A stretch of DNA of 56,986 bases, filler included, from Basidioascus undulatus (lineage: Eukaryota): NCBI GenBank assembly GCA_000826855.1. It is 4 parts of 4 records of this genome, joined end to end, with 100 filler letters (N's around TTAATTAATTAA, not from the genome) between each part and the next. Parts side by side here need not be neighbours in the genome. Positions count along the whole stretch, not along the records: positions 1 to 14,192 come from JTLS01000753.1; 3 more parts are not named here. One strand, given 5' to 3'. Each line of letters starts with the position of its first letter. Within the stretch, counting starts at the first letter, position 1. A program made the translations under genes and the position numbers. Positions 1 to 14,192 of the stretch are shown here, in pieces. The notes below the pieces were generated by a model that was given only the letters and a program-made list of their open reading frames with translations, had not been told where the DNA came from and searched no databases.

Positions 1-71
1 GGTCGGACTGGGAATCGAACCCAGATCCTTGGAATCAGAATCCAATGTACTAACCATTATACTATCCAACC
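1..71 (-). tRNA. tRNA-Gln(CTG), intronless; discriminator base cut by the window/contig edge
   Basis: Reverse complement GGTTGGATAGTATAATGGTTAGTACATTGGATT-CTG-ATTCCAAGGATCTGGGTTCGATTCCCAGTCCGACC folds as a cloverleaf: acceptor GGTTGGA/TCCGACC, T-loop GTTCGATTC. Confidence 0.95.
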
Positions 72-1297
72 GATTACTTGAACATTTTACATGCTCTATA
101 TGAAGTCGGCTTCGGAATCGAGGCAGTGAACGACCCACAGCACGAGTCAACAACAAAATCTGTATCACAGCAAAGATTAAACTCTTCAATTACCTCTACA
201 CGGGTATTCAACCTTACTACACATAGTGACTGCATCGAACGGCAGCGAACGAGAAGTGCAGAAGTGCAGGGTAACCAGGAGCTCCGGCGCAGGCTACCTT
301 TATTATTATACCATAATTAACTGCTTATTTTTACCTAGGTTAGGAATCTTGATTTCAAGGAAGTAAATCAAATTCTCCAGGGAGAAGACGGCAGCTGGGG
401 TGAAAGACTTCGTCCAACTGGTAGGCAGCAGACGAGGTTCACCGGCATTCGGCATGGACCTTCGCGATGGCTTACCCTTCTAGAGCTTATGAAATGTATA
501 TTTGGACCACGAGAAACTGCGAATCACCAGAACAAGTTCACGTGCGGCATGATCTTGCGGTTTCATCAGCACCCGATCCTTCCCCCGGGCCCCAATCCTT
601 GCTGCCTCCGCCTGCGGCACACCACGATACACCAAGAATACACCGACCACTTGAAGATATATCTGGCAAACGCAAGGTTTCATACACCCCCTACAGACTC
701 TCAGTCCAAGTGTCAGTGCCGCTGCGGACACGATAGAGAACCGAATTCTCGTCTGCCTGTGAATCTCGTTTCTGTCAGAAAGCGCCACTTTCACACAGGA
801 CTATTTTAGAAGCAAAGACCCACCAGAAGGTCCTCGTACGCTTTCTTGACGAATGGGGCACGGGAGACCAGCTCTCGGCGGATCCGATGAACTTGATGGA
901 TGGTCTGCGCGTCGTAGGATGAGTCGGCCAACGTCGCGGGGCCGAGCGTTCCGTTATTTGTGTACGCATCGAAGACTGCCCGGAATGTGTTTGGTCCACT
1001 GTCATTCGTATGAGCCCAATCAAAGATAGCGATGCTGCCAGAACAGATAGGCGCCGAGAGCAATACGGTACAGGGCGGTTCCCGATCAACTCGCTTGTTG
1101 CAGAGGTTCAAGATCTGGCCGGTCAGAATAGCTTGGCATCCTGGTATGCAAGCCGTTCATTGCAGTCCGAAGTGTATCACCAATGCAATCATCAGATCGA
1201 GGAAATTCGAAGTGTAACGAGTGTGTAAACAGCGCAACGACGAACGCACAGCGCGCTCCCGAAATTAGTGTACTATCTATCCGTTGTCCCTTCGCCA

Positions 1298-4200
1298 TTA
1301 CTCCTCGTCTTGCCACTGGGAAGGAGAAGATGCGTCAGCCAGACGAAAATAATGCCCTCATGAGTGCATAGAGGCACCTCGGGGCCAACAGACATCTCCT
1401 TGATCGACCCGATGCCCATGAGCAAGCCGCTGCTGGGGTCGAGGACCTTGATCGCAGCGGAGATCTCGTCGAGCGCCTGGTCCTCGCCGGCCTCCTCCTC
1501 GAGGACCTCATCGAGGTCCTCGACGTCAAAGTCGCCGTTGGCGGCCTTGCCGTGCTTTGCGACGCGCATCTTACGCTTCTCCGCGATCTCCTGCAGCTGT
1601 GCCTCGACGGCCTTGATGAACGCCTGCGCAAGCGCGGGCTTCACGTTCGGCACGCCGAAGAGCGAGACGAGCTTGAAGAACGTCGCGACGAGCGTGCCGA
1701 GGTAGGCCGAGTCCGCCTCGTCAGCGATCGCCTCGACGACCTTGCCCAGCGTCGTGTCGGCGATCTCCTCGGACAGCTGGTCGGTGTTCTTCGCGATCTC
1801 GGAGAGTTGCGGGATGAGGCTGTTCATGTGGCAAAGAAAGATCAGCATTTGCTCAACACAGAGATCTGAGAGCAGCAACGGACTGTGCAGCAGCTTCCCG
1901 AACGCCTGCGTCGGTAGAGATAAGGTCAGCCAATTGCCTTACGTATTTAAAAGGCACGCACGTACCGTCGTGGAAGTAGAACTTCAGCGACGGCAGAGCG
2001 ATCTCGAGCGACTCGAGAGCGTAGGGCGCGAAGTGCTCCTTCAGCTCGTTGGCATAGACAACGAGCGTCTCGACAGCGGTGCACTTGTCCTCGAGAGCCG
2101 ACGTTTGGATGCCGACGTTCTGATAAGGAGGAAGCTTGGGTTAGCGTTCTGGATGAAATAATAGCAATCCCATTAACGAACCTGGTCCGCGATCTTGAGC
2201 CACTCAAGGTCGTCGGGGTAAGCGTCGGTGTCGACCTCGTCGCCTAGAGAACGAGGTAAACCGTTAGCGGCCAAATGGCATCATACACCAGACTTTTGAG
2301 ACGACGAACCCTCAGCGAAGGTGAGATCCGGCTTCTGCTTGGCAGCGTGCAGCAGGGGCGGCATGACGGCGGGAAGGTAGGGCGCGAACTGCTCGCCGAG
2401 AGCGCCGGCGATGCGAGCCCAGGCGGCGATGAGATAGCTGATCTGGGGGTCGTCCGGCTCGGTAACCTCGCCTGCGCCATCGACCGGGAATCATCAGCTG
2501 GAGTGGTGAAGAGGGAAGACAAAAGCGGAACGGACGCTGGATGGCGGCGAGAAGCTCGGCGAGACGGGCAGCATCGGGCAGGAAGGTCTCGCGACCGACG
2601 GCGATGGCTGATGGTGGAAGAAAGTCAGCGATAGAAATCTCACGGTATGAAGAGCTAGTTGATCGACTTACAGATGAGGGTCGCGCACTCCATTGCCTTG
2701 CCCTTCATCAGGCGGAAGTCGGGGGTGAGGTTGGTGCCGAGCACGTTGAGCAGGATGGGCATGACGGCCGAGTAGTACTGATTGAGTGTATGCAGCCAGT
2801 CAACTTGAGGCCAATAGAGTAAAAGACGATGAAGCATCGCAGGCGCACCTTGCCGAACTTCCCCTCCGCCGCATCCGCGACCGTAGCGATAGTCGTGATT
2901 GCCTGCTCCTGGACGTAGCCTGCGCATTGCCCGAACCGTCACAAATCAGAAATGTACGCGCCCGTTCGGCAGAGCATTGGAACGTACGCTTCTGGCTGCC
3001 CGTAAGGAGGGTAAGCAGCCTCTGGAGGAGCTCGTCGAGGTACGGCTCGAACGCCTCGATCTCCGGCGGGGAATCGAAGAAGTTGACCAGCGCCGCGGCG
3101 GCGTGGGCCTGCACGCGCGGGACGGGGTCTTGCAGGAGCGTGCCCAGCGAGCGCAGGATCTGGTCGTAGAACGCGTCTTGCAGAGAGTCCTAGATCATTG
3201 ATTATAGGATAAGCACCAGTTAAGCGCACAGCAGGGCCATTGCTACGAGAGGGTTTTACCGCAAAGTCGGTGCAGAGCTGCCCGATCGCGTGGCACGCGC
3301 CGTAGCGAACGCGCGGGTGCGGGTCCGCGAAGGTGGGTTGGACAAGCCTGAGAGGCCATGATGGTGAGATGAAGAGCAGGAAAGCGATCAAGGAAGTTAA
3401 AGCGACGTACGCGATGACCTTCTCGAGCTCGTGCGTGAGGACCTTGTACGAGCCCTCGCCGATAGCGGCAATCGCCATGAGACCGGCGAGACGGTGCGTC
3501 CATTCAGGGGAAGAGATCATGTTGGGGATGAGGTGGAATGCGGGAGGAAGGATCGTCTTGCCGCCTGTGTGCCTTCGTGTCAGATCTGAAGCTAGGAGAA
3601 GAACCGCCGTCATAGCTAAAGTCTCACCGAGAGCCATGGACAACCGGTCGATGTACTCCTCGCCGACTTGGGATGGCTCCTCCTCCTCGGGCACGTCGTC
3701 CAAGTCATCCGTCTCCTCCCACTCCGTGCCCTGCTGCCGCTGCGTAATCCACTCCAAGCAGACCTGCACAAATGCCTCGACAAACTTGGCCTGGCGCCTG
3801 CACGCGGCCTGGCAGCCCTCGGCGACGGAGAGGAGGAGCTCGAGCGCGGGCTGGCGGACCTCGAACGGGAAGACGGCCGCGTTCTGGGCGACGGTCGTGC
3901 AGAAGGGGATGAGGGACGGGAGGTGCGGCTCAAAGAGCGACGGTTGGGAGGACGCGAGGGTGGTGAGGGTGAGGAGGGCGGAGCGGAGGGGCTGGACGGC
4001 GGCGGCGGCGGCGAGGGGAGGCAGAACCTCGAGAGCGGGGTGGAGGAGCGGGGAGAGCTGGATGCGCAGCTTCTTGTCGGAGTCGATGAAGATAGAGGAG
4101 AGCGCCTTGAGCGCTGCCAACCGGACCTGTGCCGTGCAGCCAGCATGCTTCAGCAACCATAGCAGCCATCGTTTACTTCACGCAACGAGACAGGGGAAGG

Positions 4201-4981
4201 TACTCACCGAGTTGTCCTCGTCCTCCAAGCCCTTCGTGAACAGCTGCTTCAAGCTCTCGATCTCAATGTCCGCCAAAAGAACCGACACCCCGCTCCAGAC
4301 CCTCCAGGCGCTCTCGCGGAGCTGAGCCTCTGGCCGCGCGGCGCATTGCAGAAGCGCCTGCGAGAGCTCCTCCCAGCGCTGGCCGCGGAAGACGGTGTCC
4401 TTGGCGAGCTCGGACAGCGTGTCGGCGAGCTTGTTGCGGACGGAGGGGACGGGCTCGGAGACGAGCTGGTTCAGGAGGGTGGAAGACTGCGGAGTCGACG
4501 GGTGAGATCTGGAGAAGAGTAGGCGAGCTACAGGGGACACGCACGACTGCATTCCGGGTCTCGTGCCTGACACCGTCTGCCCAGATTTCCCGGGTCGGGT
4601 CTGCAGCGTTGATGTGTTGGAATGCAAGTCGGCGGAGGAGGACGAGAGCAAAGGAGCGGGTCTGGTCACAGCGCGCTCAGTATCAGCCTCCCCTCCCATC
4701 TCTCAGTCCTGATGGAGACGTACGTGCTCCTGCGGCGCCCCAGCAGATGTCTGAGCGAGACCAAGGAGGACCTCGTCGGGGTTGGAGACGATGTAGTTCT
4801 CGTTCAAGAGCTGCAGTTGCCCCAGCAGTCAGCCCCATCTCCCCTTCGAGCCGGTCTTCCTCGCTCGGAGCATATACGCTCGCTGGCCCAGCAGGCGCAC
4901 CTTCTCCGCCCGCGACCGGACATCGTTGTCGGCGCTCTGGAGGTCGTTGATGACCGCTGCGAGCTCTGGAGAAACGGACAT
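1298..4981 (-). CDS. PSE1: Importin beta-3 / karyopherin Kap121 (IPO5 family) HEAT-repeat protein; about 17 exons, about 865 aa by manual tally
   Basis: Spliced translation: [154 protein letters not shown]. Last intron 1316-1377, then W-Q-D-E-E-stop. Confidence 0.9.
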
Positions 4982-5499
4982 TATATCGGTGTAGAATTGG
5001 GTATGCGAGAGCTCGAGATGGTGAACAGAACGAAGATGAGGAGGCTCGACCGCCGATTTCGAAAAATCAGAGACAGCGCGACACGTGCAAATGTCTACTG
5101 CGGCCCGCGGCTGTCATCCGCTGACATGTCTTTCTCGCTTGCAGCCTCTGCAGCCTTAACTTGAACTGTGAGACTGCTGTGTCTTCCACGAAGACGAAGA
5201 CTCCTACCAAAAAGGATTTCAACACTTCCAAATGGACATAGCTCTGTAAGCAGCAACACCGCCGCCGCACCACGGCTGCTGCCGCTGCTGTGCCCACTGG
5301 AATGTGCAGCTTGGCTACCTCAACGTCTTTCGTGTGCTCCTTAGAGAAAATTGTCCCTAAAAGAAGTCACCTTTATTGAGAAGATATGAACAAAATCAGC
5401 CCGTCAAGGCCGCTCACAATTTCGCTAACCGAGGACAAAGATTTCAGAAATCACAGTTTTTTAATGGACGCATGCGCTCGATCAATGAAGGAACTTTGT

Positions 5500-6616
5500 A
5501 CAAAGGTAAACGCGCTGGATGTCTATGCAGTCTCCTTGGCGGACCTCGCAGCGAGCCGCTTCTGACGGTCGATCTCTTGTCGGCCTTCTCCTGCCCGATG
5601 CGCAACATCCGGGCGTCCCTCTTGTTCGTCTTGCGCTTTGCCTTCTCGAGCTCGACGGCCTCGGACTTGTCGTTGAGAGCCTTTCGAAGGGAGATGTCGC
5701 TGGGGGGAGGGGGGTTTCGATAGTCAGCTCAAGTGGTACTGACGCGCCAGGACGGGAGACAATAACAACGGGAAGGCACGCGCAACTTGGACACTTTCTT
5801 CGCAGAGGCGATATTCACGGCTTCCCGCCGACGTAGAGCGGGTACCGTTTGAAGTGATCGAAAGCTCCTTGCAGGGTCCTTGGAAACATAAGCGGATCAG
5901 TGTCTTCGTCAACTGGAGAATAGTGGTCCAAAGCCGCACCATCGCGAAGAACTCGACGTGAAGAGTAGATGCCATTCTCTGCAGTCCTCACGTCCTTCAC
6001 AGAGTTGCCCCATTGAAGAAAGTTGTCAACACCACGATGTATACCGTTTTGACCAATGGATGACTCACGCGTGAGGACCAGGACGTGATGCCGAACTTCG
6101 CCCATCTGGTCAAGAAGCCAAGGAAACTGGGCAATGTTGAACTGGTCGTACAACCGCTCGAGCACAGGGGCCAAAACAGGGTACATCTCCCATCGCGGGA
6201 AGTTTCGGCACGCCCCGGGCAAGATCGCCACCTTCCACAACATGACTTGCAGACGGACCGCAATGCGTTAGTCTGATTGGCTTTGATCGGTAGGGACAAA
6301 CAACTAAGCAGATGTGAACTTGGCATCTGAAAGTGCATTGGGTCTATCGCCACAATTGGGCGTCCGTTCCTCCCAGACGTACCTTTGTCTTGCCTCATCC
6401 TTGCACATCGATGGCAGATAACGACGAGAATCTCTCAAATTCCTTCACTGTTTGTAAAACGTGTAGGCAGCAATGTCAACTAAAAAAACCTGTGGAGTAA
6501 CCCAGACGGCCTTCAATGGAGCGCATGGCATCTTCCCTTGCCTGCGGAAGCTGCTCCGCCGAGCTCTGAATGAACAAGGACTGGTGGAAGGGATGTCGAA
6601 TGGGGAAGGCGGACAT
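5500..6616 (-). pseudogene. Degenerate hypothetical coding relic, family not recognised
   Basis: Protein-like pieces (MSAFPIRHPFHQSLF..., ORF 5815-6243, ...KSEAVELEKAKRKTNKRDARMLR) interrupted by stops that obvious introns do not remove. Boundaries approximate. Confidence 0.25.
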
Positions 6617-7338
6617 TTGGTGAGAAACGGATATGAGCGCAGAATCCGACAGATACGGACGGTGATGGTGGAGCGGAACAAAGCAGCGACGTCGATCTTG
6701 GGATGCTCAGGCCGCGAGTCCGGCGCAGTCTCAACTTGCAGCGGCTTTCAACTTGGGTTCCCTAAGTTGCCAGTTGCTTCCAACGCAACGTCAGCCACAG
6801 ACCCAAGCGATCCACGGAATAAGGATGGGCTTTCTGAGCTGAAGCACGTTTTGAACCTGCACACCGGCACGGTCAGAAAGGGAAGCCTCGGTAGTGCGTT
6901 GAAAGCCAGCTGCAGGAAGAAGTCCGCAGAGACTGCATTAACTCAAATACATAATCAAAATGGAATCCTAACCAACGAAACCCGCCCTGGGAACGTAAAG
7001 GACGCTGCGAAGGATTGCAGTGTCCGTTTGTGTGCATCGAAGGGTAGACAGCACAGGCGTGCGAGAATCAGTAATATTGCACAAAGTCCATCCTTCATTT
7101 AAGGTCGTTTCAACAAGAAGTTCCCATACAAAGTCCAAGAAAGCCCACCATTATCCTCAAGCGCCCTCCGCATGGTCCTTCTCCACCTTCACCCATTCAC
7201 GGCTGCTCCGACGCTTCACCCTGAAGTTCACCGCCCCATCGCAGCATCAGCGATCCGCTCTGTTCAACGCTGGAAGATAGAGAGAGAAACAGAGAGGAGA
7301 AGGCGAAATGCACATCCCCCACCTCTCTGACGCAGGCC

Positions 7339-10300
7339 TCACCCGTCCGCAGCCAGCACCAGCCTGAGCGTCTTGACCTCGAACCCACGGAACGTGAGCG
7401 GGATCGCGGTCGAGCTGTACGGGCCCGCGTCCGGCAGCGGCACTTCTTCGATAGCGTCCTCCAGGATGTTCGTGTAGCTCGCGCGCTTGATGCGGGTTCC
7501 GCTGCGAAAGAACTTGTCATCCGGACCGCAGAGCGGTGCATTGGTGCCGAATGAGCAAACATACATGTGCAAGGTTGCCTTAGCATGCCCACCATACGCC
7601 TCGTAAAGGCGCAGAATGACGGTCTGCGTCTTGGGCCGAGCGTCGTCGACGCCAGGCCGGCGAAAGTCGTCGTCCTCGCCGCGCTTGACTGTGTCGAGGA
7701 ACACGCTCTTGGCGCCGGACACGGAGAAGGGAGCACGCAGGCTCGAGCGAAAGTCGCCAAAGCTGGAGGCGGGCGCGCGACGAGCTGAGAACACCCCATT
7801 ATGCCCTTCAGCGTGAAAAACTTCACACTGCCAGAGGAAGACGCACGCAGCAAAGGGACGTTGAAGGCGCGCGCAACCTGGTCGTTCGATGCGATGGTAA
7901 GCCTCAATCCGTAAACGAGTGAAAACAAGCGCGACGCACTTGGATGACGTCCGACTCGAAGAAGTGGCGCAGGTGCGGGTAGATCGCAAAGCTGAAGGTG
8001 TGCTTGCCCTGGTCTTGGTGCGCATCCGGCTCCGTGCTCGAGCGGAGCAGCGAAAGCCGCATACTGTGTGTCCGGACGAGCAAAGTCAATACAGTGTGTG
8101 GGGAGAGATGAGGTGATGGATGACCGACGTGTTGCCTTCGATCGCGTAGCCGTACTTGCAGTCGTTCACGATCGCGACACCATAGCCGCTCTCGCTCAAG
8201 TCGGCTGCCTTGTGCGCGCAGACTTCGAATTTGGCAGCTGTTCCGGACAGGGCGTATTCAGTTGTGCGTTAGCCATATAAACATCTCAAAGCGAGGACGT
8301 ACCTTCCCAGTTGGTGTTCCTGGTCGTCGGCTGTGGCGAACGTGTTTAGACTGTGCGTGTAAAGAGGGAAATACGGATGAACGCACTCGTGTAAGAACAC
8401 CGAACTGCGTCTCGTACTGCGCTTCGCTGGCACGCAGGTTCAGCGGGAGCTCAAACTTCAAGAACTTGTGCTGCTCCCGCCAGTCGCTGGTGATGCAGGA
8501 TCCGGATGAGCTCTGACAGCATACCGTCATCAAAAACCCTTACAACGCACACGTCCGCGTCGAACCGTAGTAGGCTGCGGGAATCCGATGTGGGCGACGC
8601 TGTGATATCAAAACTCAGCGGCTGAACGGCGGTTGCAAGGCACCTTTTATTCGACATACCAGTGACAGCGTCCAGTGTGATCTGCATTAACATGTCAGCA
8701 TAGGAACGTCGCTACGGAAGCGGATAAAGCGGCGCACGTAAAGGTTGACCTGGCTCTTGCCTACGCTCGTCCGGGCCAAGAGTTGTCCGCGAGTCGGACC
8801 CTTCTCGACGATCTCGACATAGTCGAACGTCAGCTGGTCGTACTCCTCGAGCGAGAAGTACTCGGTGTCCCCTATCGTAGAACGGTAATGAATAAGCTGA
8901 ACCACGTTAGGGAAGGGAGAGGATGTCCGCACAAGCATCCCAGCTACGAATTCAGGACAAGGTCAGCACGGCAGTCGCGAACGTCACCGGGGCTTTTTTA
9001 CATACTAGTTCGGCTGGTCGCGAAGGAGCACCAATCCCGCAGAGCGTCCTTGGGGGATGAGCTCGCGGCTGGTGCGGGCACAATCAGCGGTGCTGCTGAA
9101 ACGAGACTGTGAGGGCTGGACGTACTTGTCCTGCACATCAAAGATGCTTGGAATGCGGCCGCCTGCGATGTCTGCAATGTCATTTCGAGTCAGCCACCAG
9201 CTCGGCAATCTGTCACAGAGAATGATGCGACGCACGAACTCGCAGGTTGCCGTTCGTCAAGAGGTGCTCGTCCTTGCCCTTGCTCTTGACTGCCGATCCG
9301 CCCCTATGAGCAACAATATCGTAGCGCGAACACGTTTCACAGACATACCAGTCACCCCTACGTCCGGGGTCTCTTTAGGAAGAGCGAACCCGCTCGCGTC
9401 CAAGTCATCCATCACGACGAAGCTCTTCTTGCCGTCCGCGCTCGCCTGGTAGCCGCGCTTGCTAGCCGGGGCGAACGGCAGCTCCACGACCTCGCGGCGG
9501 GGAACAGGGAACATGTTGAGCGCGAAGGGCTCGCCGTCGCCGTCGACGTTGGAAGATTCAGGTAGAAGCGCTTTGTGCGCTTCGTCGAGAAGGTCGGACA
9601 GCGCGGAGAAGACTTCGGCGTAGAGCTGCGGGCTGCCTGCATCAGTCACTGTCGATAAACAGTCTAGCCATACGGTTTTACCTTCTCTGCGTCCACGTAA
9701 GCCTGTCAGAAAAAAAGGCATCAGCAGGACATTCTTTCGGGTTCGCGACCAGTGAAGCCGCACCATCTCGATAGCCGATCCAGGCAGGATATCCTGTGTA
9801 GGCGTTCTGTCAATGAAGTCCGTCCAGCTCATATTGAAAGCGATCCGACGTACGTGGAACTGGTTGAGAAGGACTTTCTCCCAGCACTCGTCGAGCGTCT
9901 TCTTCGGGTAGCGGTACGTCTGGTTCTTGAGCGCCGCAAGCGTCGCGACATACTCGACCGTCTGGAGGAGGATCTCGCTCTTGCGGTTGCCCTTCTTGAT
10001 GCTCCCTAAAACCTCCACAGTCAATCATGCTGCCAGCGCACCAACCTGAAGAGACCGCGCTTACCGTGCGAAGTGTACGTTCCGCGGTGCAACTGCCGAA
10101 AGCGCGTCAATAGCCGCTGTTCGCAATTTCTCCGGTCGCGCATGAGTTTCCAGAGCTCACCTCCAGGTAAAGCTCCCCCGACCACGTCGGCAGCCGGCTC
10201 CCGTTCTTAGTCTCCTTTAGGACGTGGTCGAAGAACTCGTTGACCCCTTGGCCCATCTGCTGCACGGGCATCTCGCGGTGCTCGGCAGCGACAGCCCGGA

Positions 10301-13056
10301 TACGGCGGAGCTGTGCAGCGTAACCATCATGAGCCGATCCAAATGCGACATGAGTTCGTTCGGAAGCACTGTACATTCTCAAGCATCGCCGCCAAAGGCC
10401 CTGTTCCAAGAGTTTCAGTCAGGGGCGCCTCTGGTCGCAAAGAAACAAAGACATGTACCACCCCCGCCATCTCCATTTCCAAACGCAAGCAGCGCGCTGG
10501 ACGTGACGTCGAGGTTCTTATGGCTGTGCACGCCCTTCCAGACGTCTTCGATTGTCGCTTGGGCGCTGGATGCTCAACTGGCTGTCAGCATGCAGAGACA
10601 CTCTGAGGTGGTGTATAGCAACGGACGTGTACGTGTCGACGGGCGTCTGTAGCGGAGAAGGAGTTTCAGTCGCATGCCACTTTCGAGAGTCTGGAAATGT
10701 TTTGCGCACCATGTGGGTGAGGACTTGCGACTCGTCCAGCCCGACCCAGTTGCTGCAGAGGATGGGTTCAGGGTATTTTCCTCATAAAAGCTCGGAAACA
10801 ACATACAAGGTCGAGTGCGGGAAGTCGTTGATCTGCGAGGGATCTCAGCAAACACTTTCGCAGCGCCTCAATTCTTGTACGAGCTCACGTTGTTCCATGA
10901 CCTGCCACACCACAGTCAGTACCCCTCGTCTGTTCATTTACTACCAAAGACGTACAGTTTCTGCGTGAAGAAGTACGTCATCCCCGCCGAGCGGACAAGC
11001 TGCGGGAGCTGCGAGGAATACCCGAACTGGACGAGCGCGGCACGATCAGCGCTGCCCATCCGAAAGGTTTTGGAAGCGAAACCTACCGTGTCCGGGAGCC
11101 AGAAAGTCCGGCACCTCTGGCCGAAGCGAGACTCGAAGAAGCGCTGACCGTAGCTGTCGTGCCTAGGTCAAAGAGCCAGCCAAGCCCTGGCGCCGACACT
11201 CAGACGTACAGGAACTGCCGGGCGAGAGCCTCGCCTCTGTGAGACCAACCGCCGTCAATCAAGCTATCCGACTTGAAATGCACCAGAAGACGCACGAAGG
11301 CATGTTGCAGTCCATCTCCACCCACGTTCCTCCGATCGGGATGAACGTGCCCTGCTCGACCTTAGCCTTGACCTTCTGAAACAGTTGCGGATACAGCTGT
11401 CGAAATATCGCTTGTTAGGAGGGGAAGGAGGGAAATGAGCATGGGGTGTAGGGAGCGGGAGCGCACCTCTTCGAGCCACTTGAACTGCTGCGCCTGGCTC
11501 GCGACGAACCGGTGCTCGGGGTAGCGCTCGATGAGGTCCAGCTGGGTCGACCAGCTGCGAGCGATTTTCTGCTGGGTCTGTTTCTCCCCCATGTCAGATT
11601 TTCCCATCAACAGTCGAACCGGGATCACTGAAACCCATGCCTGCGAGTACGTCCACAGCCACGCAGTGTCGATCTGCCCACCAGCCGCGCGTCAGTTGAA
11701 GCGCTCCTAGCTTCTACAGACAAAATGGACGGACATGGCAATTCCCGATGCTCCACAGCTGGACTTTCTTGCGCTCCTCGCCATCGTAGATCTTCTCCCC
11801 CTTCGCCGCCCAGCCCTCGCCCAGAATCTCCTCCGCGAGCTTGCGGCCGCGGTCGATGCTGGACACGTCGTTCTGGCGGAAGGTGTTCATGATCTAAAAA
11901 AATGAATAAAGGATCAGATGGTGCTTTTATGTGCTGGAAGCGATGCAGGGGATACGCGCCTCGTTCCCGACCCACATCGCCTTGTTATTCAGGGGACTGT
12001 TGTCCGGTAGAGTGCGGGCGATTTGCTTGATGGTGGTGAAGTCCCAGAACTGTGAGCGATGAAAAGAGTTTCATTACAGCCTGTATTTATTGAAGACATC
12101 TGGACGGGAAAGACGCACGAGATGCCACGCAGCCATGCGAGGGACGACGATGTCGGCCGAGGCGAGCGTGAAGAAGCGGTTCATCTGAACACCAGCACAT
12201 TTTCAGCATCCGTCCATAAAAATTGGAGTTTGGGAACGGACATACGTCCGGCGGGCCGATTCCCTTCGTCAACCCGAACATGCCGTTGGCAGAGATCTCG
12301 ATGTAGAATGTGTGCTTGCCCTTCCGTGCCTTCGCGTCCAAGATGTACTCAACCCGGCGGTCTCCGCCATCGCCACCGGTGATGCCCTGCAGGGGCAGGC
12401 CTCCGGTGGTGAAGACCATTGCTTCCTGTCGTGCAAAGAAGACGTCTCAGCAGCCGCGTGAAGCTTCGTTGCTTTGGACGTACGCAGCCGGGATCGAACT
12501 CAACTATACGCGAGATTTCAGCATTTCAACGGTAATTCAAGCAGGAGAAAGGAGTGGAAGCGTACACTGCACCCTCTCCGCGCGCTGGAAGACGTCCTTG
12601 TCAGGCACCTTGAGCGTGACCCTAATCCAGTGGTTGCTCCCTTTCTCCACCCTCATCAGCTCCTCGTGCCCACCTCAAGACGGTTCGGAACTCACAGCTC
12701 GGCCCGAACCGCGTCTCCCCCTTCCTCGCCTTCTCATACCGCGCCTTCCTCGCCTCCTCGAACGTAGGCTTGCTCAGCCCCGGCGCGTGCCAGACCTCGA
12801 GCTGGACGTGCGCGTCATCGTCCACGCGGGCCTCGTACATGAGCGCGGGGAGGGAGACGTCGTGGTAGTCTACCCCTCCCGTTGCTATCAGCAAGAAATC
12901 GTAGAAATGCGAAAGGGGTCTGGGGTACGGACGAGAGCCCATGAACTGGTCAAGCCGCCCCAGGAGGATGTTTTTGATGTGCTTCGGCTTCGCACCGAAG
13001 TTGAGGAGCGGGTAGCCCCCGTCTTTGGCGGACCCGTCGGTATCGGTACTGCCCAT
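7339..13056 (-). CDS. AMS1: Vacuolar/cytosolic alpha-mannosidase, glycoside hydrolase family 38, multi-exon
   Basis: GH38 motifs across exons: [117 protein letters not shown], ending [14 protein letters not shown]. Start [19 protein letters not shown] at 13056. Confidence 0.95.
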
Positions 13057-14029
13057 GCTGGACAGCTGGTTGATGATGGTGAGGATGGAGGAATGACCGG
13101 AATGACCTGTCGCTCGACCACGCTGTCCCCTTATCGGGCCCGCAGCCGGACACGTGATGATCTCATACCGCTGCGACCGCACTGCCATCTGTGCACAGCG
13201 ATGTTGCTGGCAAGATAACGGGGGAGTTTAGGTAGAGAAAATGGTAAAGGACGGTTCAGCGCCCAACTGCTTAGTTCCGTCGAGGCGCCTTTGGACGAGG
13301 AGGGGTCTACGGAAGGTGTCGGAGCCCATCGAAGCTGGGCCTCGGCTGATCTTTCCTGGGCACCACATGCCTATTTCCCTAGTGAGGTTGAATTTTCGAA
13401 GGTCATTGTCTACTGGTTCTATTGGCATGGACTGGGAGAAGAGTGGGCAGGAGAAACTTGTAGCGACCTGCTGCAGCTGAGCTGCCTTGTCACTCAGGCT
13501 GACCTACACCTGAAACGGCGCCGCTGCGGCGACCAAGGTGGTCTGAAATTCAGGTTTTATATAAGACTGATTTCCCCTGTTTTATGAAGACCAAGCACAA
13601 GAGGGCCGTGAAGGCCTGAGACTCACAGCCAACTCGCAACAGGGCCTCAAGCCTCCGCATCATGTCGACGGACTGAATGCGCCCCAGTTCTTCGATAGCA
13701 GAATGTTCTGTAGGACATCTGGGTTTCACAGTCTGGGTGAATGTTTCGACCAGACCCGGAAGTCACTCCTCCAGGTGCGTACAAAGTCGGCTGCGAGGGA
13801 TCGACACGCAGTCTACTATAATAGGTATCCATGGCTGCCATTTCAACTTCTCCCTTGGTTTGAGATTCGCTGCCTGTCTTTCGTCCGTCCTCCCCGATCC
13901 GGCTCGCAGTCCGCGTCCGGCCATCTCTCCTTTCGCGCTGACAATCCTAGAAAGACCTCGGGCCATCCATCTCTCACCGGGCGCTCTTCTTGATCCCAAC
14001 CTCTCCCCCTCCTCCCTTCCCGCCCTTTT

Positions 14030-14192
14030 ATGGTCGATCCCTCAGCGCAGCTCCCCTCGCCGACCGTCCCCACCCCGCCGACGCCGCCCGACTCGGGCGC
14101 GTCGCGCGCCGACACTCCTGATCCGGGTGCGGCGGCGGGGGATGGGTCCGCTACGGCCAAGAGGAAGAAGAAGAAGCCGAAGAAGAAGGCGG
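14030..14192 (+). CDS. 5' fragment of an unidentified gene (Pro-rich N-terminus plus poly-Lys tract), cut by the linker
   Basis: MVDPSAQLPSPTVPTPPTPP...AKRKKKKPKKKA, open up to the gap, high GC3, pyrimidine-rich upstream leader. Too short to name. Confidence 0.5.

Noticed and set aside
806..1111. Minus-strand ORF downstream of the importin as its missing C-terminus
   Set aside because: No HEAT/IPO5-like motifs and lacks the codon bias of the importin; not enough evidence to call it a gene.
3333..4325. 330-aa plus-strand ORF and similar long ORFs (12310-13218, 41824-42420, 53462-54343)
   Set aside because: Antisense shadows of high-GC3 genes on the other strand; no independent protein features.
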